A DNA stretch of 64,000 nt from positions 13,952,001 to 14,016,000 of the forward strand of contig CM075990.1 in assembly GCA_038087875.1 (NCBI GenBank), read 5' to 3'. Position numbers and translations under genes: made by a program. The notes under the pieces were generated by a model. It saw nothing but the letters and a program-made list of their open reading frames with translations. It made no database searches and was not told where the DNA came from. The stretch is from Malacoraja senta. Lineage: Eukaryota. Shown piece by piece: positions 48,004 to 58,149 of the stretch (positions are counted from its first letter, which is position 1; each line of letters begins with the position of its first letter).

Positions 48004-51000
48004 CACATGATCACCGTGGGAGTGTATAAACTGCACAAAGACAGCACCAGAGGTCAGGATCGAAGCTGGGTCACTGGGACTCTCTCAGCTGCACTGTGCT
48101 GAACCAAGTGTAATTAACCTACGCCATCACAAGAGTAATAACACACCATTGTCTTATTTCTCAAACTGTGGCCAGACGTGGTTTATGCATATGAGAGGCC
48201 ACAGTGCGAATGTCAATAGGGAAATAAATAGACCAGTGATTAAAAGAAAGAGCTTTGTTTTATTTTTAAAAAGCTTCTCAACCAATGAATCATATTTGAA
48301 GTGATCACTATTGACTTGTTAGTAGACATTAAATATGCAGGCGCAAGTGATGCACACAGCATTTCTAGCTGGCTCAATAAGGTCACAGCAATCGTTCAGT
48401 GGGTGGTGAGGTACGACAGAGTTTGCTGATTCTGGTGCAATGGCAGAGAGAAAGATTTCAACCAAGTCACTGGGAAAGTTCCTTCCAAAGCTGCCTTGGA
48501 AGGTGCTCGGTGCTCATCGGAAGAGGTCCTCTCATTAAAGTCAGATGAATTAGTAGTGGGCATGAAGTTTTGAATAACTCAGCGGGTCAGGCAGCATCTC
48601 TGGAGAACATTGATAGGTGACGTTTCGGGTCGGGACATTTCTTCAGACCTAGCCTGAAGAAAGTTATCAACCTGAAATGTTACCTATCTACGTTTTCCAG
48701 AGAGGCTGCCTGACTTCTGAATTACTCCAGTTTTGTTCCCTTTGGGGATATTAAGCAGCATCGGGAGTTCCTTGTTTCTATATTAGGAGTGGGAATAGAC
48801 CACTTGGCCCGTCAGTCTTGCTCTGACCTGATTGTAACGCCAATTCCACATTCCTACCTCCCCTCAGTAACTTTTTGCTTCCCCCTCAAGATAGATAGAT
48901 CAAGAATTGATCTACCTCTGCCTTAAAAATCTGCAAGAACGCTGCGTCCACTAACATGTGGGGAAGAGAGTTTTAAATACAACATATAAAAATGTCAGAA
49001 GGTACACAAAAATGCTGGAGAAACTCAGCGGGTGCAGCAGCATCTATGGAGCGAAGGAAATAGGCAACGTTTCGGGCCGAAACCCTTCTTCAAACATAAA
49101 AATGTCACCCAGCTGATCTCATCCAATTAATGGTATCTCCAAAACTGTGACAAAAAGGGCTCAGGAGTCAGTTCCTCATCAGAAGCAACCTCCGGAACAC
49201 TAATCTAAGGTACAACATGATAATTAAAAAGGGCACTCGCATTTCTTTCGCACTTTGCACTGCCTCGAAGCTTTACAGCTAATGAAGTTCCTGGAAAGTA
49301 CACTCTTTAGAGGAACTTTTAGCCAAATACACCACTTCCATTGATTACCCCAAAACGCAACTTTTTCAGAGCCAGATCATTTGTTTATAAAATGCTGCTT
49401 GAAGATTAAATATTATCCAGGACACGAGGGAATAGGTACTTGCTATTCTTCAGAACTGTGCTATGGCATATTAGTATCTTCTCAAGGAACCCGATGGGGC
49501 TGTGGTGTTTAAAGTCTCATCCAAATGATGATACCTTTGATGGCACGCAGCTTTTTTAATAGCCTGTAGAACATAGAACAGTCGAGCACAGGGACAGGAT
49601 AATGTCTGTGCCGAACATGACGCCAAATTAAACTAATAATTAGCGCAGCTGAGTGTTAGTCTACATGTTTGTCCTTGTGTCTCTGGAGTGGGACTTGAAC
49701 ACACGCCCCTCTCAAAGGTCGGAATGTTTTCCATCAGTTTGAATAGTAACCCTGTGAAATATGACCACGGATACAGACTCCTGGTGGGCTTCCTCAAACA
49801 TGGCTTTTGCAATCAAATACCACTGGGCAACTAAACACAACTGTTCAGAACCCTTTTCCTGCCCATGTTGCTTACAGAATATTTTTGTATACCCAGTTAT
49901 ATTTCATGATTAAAAATTCTTTATGTCATAGAAGGAAACTATTCGGCCCATCGAGTCTATGCCAGCTTACAGTGCATTCCCATTCTCTCATTAATTTTAA
50001 TTGATACTTATTTTGCCCACATTCTGATCATCTTATCCCAGAGTCAACCTCACATCTACACACAGGGACATTTTACTGTAGGCAATTAATCTACCAGTCT
50101 GCAAGTCTGTGGGACCTGATCATCTTTCCGTTTCCAATGGATACACAATTCGCACCTTCTCAACCCCGAGCTTAACAATTCACAATTCTTTATCTTTTTG
50201 GCTTACACCTATCTTTTCATCCCTGGCCTTTGTCCCACAATCTGCCCACCAAAAACCCCCCTCACCTATGACCGCCCATGCTCTGTCCAGACTCTCCTCT
50301 TATCCAGCTTTCTTTTCCGCTCTCCTGCAATCAGTCTAAAGCAGGGTTCCAACCCAAAACATCGCCTCTCCATGTTCTCCTGGGATGTTGCCTGACCTGC
50401 ACGTAAACCAGCATCTGAGGTACATTGTTACAACAATATTAACTGGTAGTCAATGGCTCACTTGGCAAATTGTATGACTCTCGTTTGTGGTTCTTGATGC
50501 AAAATGGGAATGATTGTAGTCATAAAACATAGCAGTCAAAACATAAAATGTTGGCCATGTTTCCGTTCTGCCTTTCAATAAGGCAGATGTTTCACCTCAG
50601 TGCTACTTTCTTGTACTAACCCCATATCACTTCATTCCATTGATATATTTTGACACTTCTTCCTAAAAAAACATATTTTCATTTTATATATTTCATATAG
50701 TAGAAGAATAATACATTTATGGTCATGAACTTCTTTAATGATACCTGGTCCCTTACATGGTAAAACTTGGCATACCTCGGGATCATATGGTATTAGCATT
50801 GTCTAGGTATTGGTATTACCTCAGGATCACATGAAGATTTCTCATATCACTACATGGAAAATACTCACCAAATATTACTTACAAAGCTCATAGCAATAGT
50901 GTGACTCACTGGAAATGTGTCATGGGAATATCGCAACATCTCGTAATCGAGGATGTAAAAAATTGCAAAATGGGGATGATTATTAAATAGCTTAAAAACG

Positions 51001-51571
51001 TACACAGTCCCAGGAGTTGGCCATTCGGTCCCCATGTTTCTATTCCGCCTTTCAGTAGGCCAGATCTTTCACCTCAAAAGCACTTTACTAACCCCATACC
51101 TCTTCCTTCAATATTAATATTGGATAATTATTGGATGCTGTTCCCCCCTATCTCTGCTACAAACGCAACAAACACCTAATAGTTTAGTTTAGTTTAGTTT
51201 AGTTTAGAGATACAGAGCGGAAACAGACCCATCGGCCCACCGAGTCCGCGCCGACCATTAATCCCCGCACACTGACACTATCCCACACACACTGGGTACA
51301 ATTTACAATAATACCAAGCCAATTAGCCTACAAGCTTCTACCTCTTTGGAGTGTGGGAGGAAACTGGAGAAAACTCACGCAGGTCTCAGGGAGAATGTAC
51401 AAACTCCGTACAGATAGCGCCCATAGTCAGGATCGAACCCAGGTCTCTGGCGCTGTAGGGCAGCAACACTAGCGCTCTGCTGCTGTGCCACCATAGTACT
51501 TCTAGGATTTCCTAGGTTCCCTGCCTGGAAACTCTAGGGAGATTATATTCAATACTGGGGCATTGGTGTTA

Positions 51572-51981
51572 AGGGCCTAACCCACTCAGGCTATTTTTAG
51601 GCGAGTGCAGGCGACTGTCATAGTCGTAGCAGGTCGCCGAAAAAACGTCGACTGGACCCCCCTTCGACATAAAATTTGAAATAGAGTCACTACTTTAACA
51701 ACAACAAAAAATGTCAGCACCGTCGACAACCTACATTAACCTGGCGACAACCACGACAGCACCTACGTCAGGAGAAATCAAGCTACGCTCATTGGTGTCA
51801 AGCTAACTGTCGCCGACTGTCTCCGAAAATGTTTCAACATGTTGAAAATCCAGTGGCGACCAGAAAGACGCTACGACTCTTTGGGCGACTGAGGAGACGA
51901 CTCACGACCATACAGGCGACACCCCGGCGACCATGTGGCGACAGCCTAGTCGCCTAAAAAATAGCCTGTGGGAAAGGCCCT
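51572..51981. mobile_element. Harbinger-type MITE family B, full length
   Basis: Imperfect TIRs AGGGCCT..CCCAC..AGGCTATTTTTAGGCGA. TSD TTA at 51569-51571 and 51982-51984. Many GCGAC/GTCGC motifs. Confidence 0.8.
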
Positions 51982-52393
51982 TTAATGGCAAATCTGGTAT
52001 TTATTGACTGTCCCCAATTAACCTTCAGTCATTCCCTAATCGCCCTGAACTGAGGTTGGATCAGCTAAGGATAATGGATTTCCTTTCCCGAAGGATATTT
52101 TGGTATTGGTTCATTCTTGCCACGTGTACTGAGAGACAGTGAAACACTCTGTTTGCTTGCTGTCTAGTCAAGTCATACTGTACATGATTGTACCCAATCA
52201 AGCCATGCACAGATAGCGCATAGAGAAAAAATACAAGCTAGAAGTGCAGTTTATAGAGTTGCAGCTTTGTAACCTTATAGTTAGAGAAAACGTTTTAGTT
52301 TAGTTTAGAGATACATCATGGAAACAGGCCGCTCAACTCACCAAGTCCACGCCGACCTGTTAGCACTAGATCTATGGTATTCCACATTCTCAT

Positions 52394-53178
52394 TGGAAGC
52401 CTTACCCCACTACTCAAACCTCACGTCAAAAACCTTGGCGTGATATTTGACTCAGCACTGAAATTTGACAAACAAGTCAATGCCGTGGTAAAAGCTAGCT
52501 TCTTTCAGCTTCGGACGATAGCTAAAATAAAACAATTCCTCCAGTTTGATGACCTGGAAAAGATCATCCACACATTCATCTCCTCCCGCCTAGATTACTG
52601 CAACTCCCTTTACACTGGCATCAGCCAATCTTCCCTGTCCCGCCTGCAACTGGTCCAAAACGCCGCAGCGAGACTCCTGACGGGCACCCGAAAAAGGGAC
52701 CACATCACCCCGATCCTGGCCTCTCTCCACTGGCTCCCTGTGCGGTTCCGTATAAACTTCAAAGATCCTCCTCCATGTCTACAAAGCCCTCAATGGGCTT
52801 GCCCCCACCTACATAAAAAGTCTTCTCAACCACCACCTCCAGGCCCCTCAGATCGGCCGACTTGGGGTTGCTGAATATCCCACGGTCTAGGCATAAGCTC
52901 AGGGGCGACCGCGCCTTTGCGGTTGCAGTCCCTAGACTGTGGAACAGCATCCCCTTTCCCATCAGAACTGCCCCCTCCATCGACTCTTTTAAGTCAAGAC
53001 TAAAGACTTATCTATACTCCCAAGCCTTTCCTGACGTCCTCTGAGTGAGGGCTACATGTATATATGTATGTAGTTTGTTTTGTTTGTGCTATTCTTATAA
53101 CAAATGTAAAGCACTTTGGCCAACGAGAGTTGTTTTTTAAATGTGCTATATAAATAAATGTGACTTGACTTGACTTGA
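52394..53178 (+). mobile_element. Young 5'-truncated L2 LINE inserted into an HE1 SINE
   Basis: VKNLGVIFDS, SRLDYCNSL, LQLVQNAAARLL, HITPILASLHWLPV and GDRAFAVAVPRLWNS, with a frameshift near 52760. (GACTT)n tail. CTCAT at both junctions (52389-52393, 53179-53183). Confidence 0.93.
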
Positions 53179-53260
53179 CTCATCCACTCCCTACAGATTT
53201 GGGGCCAATTTTTTTCACAGTGGCCAATTAACCTAACAATTTGTGCGTCTTTGGGATGTG

Positions 53261-53422
53261 GGAGGAAACCAGAGCATCCGGAGGACTCTGGAGCACCCGG
53301 AGGAAACCAGAGCACCCGGAGGAAACGGGAGCATCCGGAGGAAACCGGAGCACCCGGAGGAAACCGGAGCATCCGGAGGAAACGGGAGCATCCGGAGGAA
53401 ACCGGAGCACCCGGAGGAAACC
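53261..53422. repeat. 19-bp minisatellite (GGAGGAAACCGGAGCAYCC, 8 units plus a partial) inside a SINE V-domain
   Basis: Units start at 53261, 53280, 53299, 53318, 53337, 53356, 53375 and 53394. Confidence 0.95.
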
Positions 53423-53579
53423 CTCGCAGATATAGGAGGAACATACACACTGCACTAAAACAGCACCCGAGGTTGGGATTGAACCAGAGTCTCAGGCATT
53501 GTGAGGCAGCAGCTCTACCAGCTGAGGAACTGTGCTGCCGATAATACCGACAGAAAAATGTGCAATGTCTACAAAGGTC

Positions 53580-54200
53580 TGTCTCGTCTTTTTTCCTTCT
53601 TTGTGTTTTTAAAATACATACATAGTAAAATGTATGTTTTAGTTTATCTTTAGTTTTGAATTATGTGAGGTGGGGGGGAAACATTTTTTATCTCTTTCCT
53701 CGACGGTGATGCGACTTTTTCCGTGTCGTATCTCCGGCTGCACTGCGGCCTAACATCGTGGAGCTGGCAGGCTCTTGCTGGGACCTCGGGAGCTCCAACC
53801 GTGGGAGCCTGCAGACTTTAACAACATGGAGCATGTTGTCCCTGGTTAGAGACCGACTTTGGGAGCACCAAGCCGCGGGAGCTTCGACCGCCCAGACGCG
53901 GTAGCATCGATCGCCCCGACGCGGGAGCTTCGATTGCTGGCTGCGGGATCTTCGATCACCCCGACTGCGGATGGTTCGACTCCCCCGACCACGCGAGAAA
54001 AGGAGGAAAGAAGATAAGACTTTATTGCCTTCCATCACAGTGGGGAATGGGGAGGAGCCGCTGTGGTGGATGTTTATGTCAAATTTTAATGTAGTTGTGT
54101 GTCTTGTCACTTTTTTGGTATGACTGTGTGGCAAACCAAATTCCTCGTTTGTTGCAAAACATACTTGCCTAATAAATTACGATTATGAATATGATTATGA
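53580..54200 (+). mobile_element. Non-coding CpG-rich retroposon with a Rex/Babar-like 3' tail
   Basis: Tail aaattcctcgtttgttgcaaaacatacttgcctaataaa plus (GATTAT)n-like repeats. Five internal units of about 23 bp at 53875-53989. Confidence 0.55.
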
Positions 54201-55559
54201 TATTTATAAATGTTTGAATGTTTTTTATATCAATCCGATAGTTTTATAGTTACCTGTTCTTACAAAAATTGTAAATTAAATTAGGTCACAGACTTTGGCA
54301 GAACCAGTCAATGAAGTGTTGGCTTGTCGCTGCAGCCTCCCTGTTTGGAAGCTCGAGTAATGCCCAGACCTGCTGTCTGGTATTAAGGGAATTGCTTACT
54401 CCTTGTTTGGTAGTCCTAGCTTGCCGGCAATGCCAGCCAATTCCATGCATCATGTACTTGGAACTAGTCTCCACTATGAGCCTCTGTGATGATAATCAGA
54501 GTTCTCATCTCCTTTTCCTATCTGTCTGATCTTTCAATGAGCTCAGCTTGGTCGATGGGACCCTCACTTCCCAACTCCACATGCTACTCAGCAATATTTA
54601 CAGGCACAGATACAGTCGATGTTAAAGATACGTTGTTAACACATTTACGGGTTAGGTTGTAGTGCTGATCCTGGCTTCAACAATGGTGAGCTCTAGCACT
54701 GGTCGTCTGACCCAGGATATGACGCTGCACTGGTAATTACTCCATAACAAATTTTGTAAGATGCACTTTGCTGTACTTCAGTGAGCTCAGCCAGTTGCAG
54801 CTTCACCCTTGGGATCAGAGGATTGTGAGTTCAAAGCCAGGGCTAGAATTTTCTGTCTATAAATAGTGACAGCCCATGACACCAATGAATAAACAACTTG
54901 TATGGTATAAACTGCAAGCTTATGAAATTTTCCATAATGTTTCAGGAATAATACACGTACGTAAATGAAACAACAACTGTTCAGTAAAATGCCCCAAGGT
55001 GTTCCGCAGGAAATCAATCGACTGCAGCACGGTGGCCCAGAGGTAGAGTTGCTGCCTTACAGCGCCAGAGACCCAGGTTCGATCCTGACTACGGGTGCTG
55101 TCTGTACGGAGTTTGTATATTCTCCCCATGACCTGCATGGGTTTTCTCCGGGATCTCCGGTTTCCTCCAACACTCCAAAGATGTACAGGTTTTGTAGGTT
55201 AATTTGCTGGGTGAAAATTGTAAATTGTCCCTAGTTTGTGTAGGACAGTGTTAATTAACACGAATAAAGCCAATTAACCTACAAACCTGTATGTCTTAGG
55301 AGTGTGGGAACATACCGGAGATCCCGGAGAAAACCCACTCAGGTCACGGGGAGAACATACAAACTCTGTACAGGGTCTCTGGCGCTGTAAGGCAGCAACT
55401 CTACCACTGAGCCACTGTGTCGCATAGACTAAATTACTAGACTGTCATATCAAAACTCACCTCACATTCTCTGGAAGGAAGTCTGCTAGCTATCCTTCCC
55501 CAGACTGGCTGTACACAACGCTGGTCCCATCCACTTTATAATTGCCTCTGAAATGATAT

Positions 55560-55810
55560 AGGAAGTCACACAGTGCATGTCAATTGCGAATGGGCAATGT
55601 CTGATGATCTTATCAGTGATATCCACACTCCACCAATAAATAGGAAGAGAAAATGACTGGAGGTGATGACAGAGAGGGGGAAGGTGTGATACAGTGAATG
55701 GATTCAGAGAAGGATTGGGATGTTTAAAATCTGAAGTGTTGCAGGCAGGGAAGGCAACAAGCACAGGCGTGATGGGTGAAGTGACCACGTTCAAATCAGG
55801 ACACGGGCAA
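55560..55810 (-). mobile_element. Ancient L2 remnant
   Basis: Minus-strand SPITPVLV corresponds to the L2 HITPVL motif. Heavily decayed. Confidence 0.5.
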
Positions 55811-58149
55811 CAAGGGTGGAAATGATACAAAACCCTCTTGTTATTCATTGCTGGAACATTTCCAAATTTCAGAGCCGGCATGAAGAAATAGGATGTGGCT
55901 TTGTCTCTGCGATTTCCCAAGACCGTGGATTGCTGGTCCCAGCCCAACCATCAGACAAAGTGTCGGGAAGGTGAAATAAAATCAAGTTACGAAAATGTGG
56001 AGCGGATTTGTTCAGACATCTTTCACAGCAGAGGGATGCTGAGGAAGGGCCCTTGCTATTGGGAAGAAGGCTCACATTGTTCAGTAGTACAGGGCTCAAT
56101 TTTTCAAAAAAGAGGAACTAAGATTCTTTTAAATGTGTTTTCAAAGTTCGTTGGTGCAGACAGACAAAAACAGACAGACAGACAGACAGACTAAGTGCGT
56201 TCCTGTGGAAAGCCAAGCCTTGAAATCAAAGCCTGCAATCTTTGCCAATTTAAAGTGGCTTCTGATTCTTAAATCAGAACATAAATCAAGTTATGCCACT
56301 TTATTGCATCAGCACAACATCAGAAGAAACAAATTACTTTACTCCAACGTCCTTTTGCAATCCCAGGCGGTTCCACAGTGCGAGATAGCTGGTTAAATAC
56401 TATTGAAGTGTAAGCTCTGTTATAATGGAGGAAACAGGGCAGCAAATTCACGCATAGCAAGCAGCCACAAAGTGAAATGTGATAACAGACAGGTAATGGG
56501 CCAGGTGATGTTGAATCACCGTTTATTGAATAGGGCCATGCTTGATGTGGCAACTGTGGCTGATGTGAAACTGAGGAACCAGATGTGAGGTGCATCTGGC
56601 CTTTGGTCTCAGCAACTTGCAGAACCACCCACAGTATACAAGTGTGATGTGCTGATGTGCTGTACGTTGCCAACTCCTGCTCTGCAGTACGTATTCACAA
56701 AGGTTCAGAACACACTACAGTGTGCCTACCGAAGAGAGACGCAAAATGCTGGAGTAAATCAGCAGATCAGGCAGCATCTCTGGAGAGAAGTTCTCCGTCG
56801 AGGCCCTTCTTTAGACCCTCTGGAGAGAAGGATCTTCCTTCAGAGTCTTGGCTGAATTGTCCCCTGTACTATAATATAACATTCCAGGATTTTGCAACTA
56901 ACTTGAAAGGCTGTCATGTTAATCATGAAGTTGTTTTAATTATCCTAATATTTAATCTTATAGATGTGTATAAGATCACGAGGGGAATAGGTAGGGTGAA
57001 TGCATAGAATCTTTTACCCAGAGTAATCAAGAACCAGGGAATATAGGTTTAAGGTGAAAAGGAAAAGATTTAATTGGACCCTGAGCAGCAATGTTTCCAC
57101 ACTGAGGGTGGTGGGTATATGGAATGAGTTGCCAGAGGAGAAAGACACAAAATGCTGGAGTAACTCAGCGGGTCAGGCAGCATCTCTGGAGGAAAGGAAT
57201 AGGTGATACTTCGGGTCGAGACCCTTCTTCAGACTGTCAGAGGAAGTAGTTGAGGCAGGTACTTTAACAACATTTAAAAGACATTTGGACAGGTACATAG
57301 ATAGAAAAGGCGTACAGGGATATGGTCCAAACACGAGCATGTGGGAGTAGTGTAGATGGGGCATTTTGGTCCGCATTGGTAGATTGGGCAGTAGGGCCTG
57401 TTTATTTACCGTATGGCGCTATGACTCTATCGTGTAAACGCTATTCAATCATAAAATATCTACAAGTGTCTTAAAACTGGTGAGTACCACCTTCTGACCA
57501 CAGAGACACATGAAGGAATTACCACTCTCTGTCTCGTGCCGGCACTCAGATAGCAGTAACCGAGCAAAATCAAGGCTGAAAACAATCATTGAGGATAATG
57601 CTGACAATTTGTTAACAATGTATTAGAATTGGTTACATGTCATGTAATTGTGAGGTTATTAATGCACAATGACATAGCCAAGTCTGGCACTGTGGTGTGA
57701 CAAGCAGTAATATCAACAGGATTACCATATAAATTGCAATCAATATGTAATTATTTGATAAGAATTACATTACTAGTTATGGAATGCCAATGGAACATAA
57801 TTCAATAAAGCAAGTATCAATCATACGGAGTGAGTGATGCTAAACCAAGAGGACAGGCTGTTAATTAATTCACATCCAGCGGAAACACTGCTTGGCCCTG
57901 TTATTAGTATTGGTAACTATTTCCTACTTATTTAGATAAGGTCAATGCTGAGTGGAGACAGGACTTCTACCCTGGTGCTTTGTGCAGCTACGCTGCAAAT
58001 ATGTTGATGAGTATTTCTTCCATTTGGTACTTCAAGTGAAATTGTAAACACATTCAAGAGGAGCCTGGGGATTTCACGAGTCTTTGAACGTTGTGCACCT
58101 GAAGGCTTGAAATCTATTTGGATGATTTAGTTATTGATAATAGAATGAG

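Noticed and set aside
53261..53422. CRISPR-like array or repeat-protein ORFs
   Set aside because: The units are contiguous with no unique spacers, lie inside a vertebrate SINE, and have no cas genes; the ORFs simply reflect a stop-free repeat.
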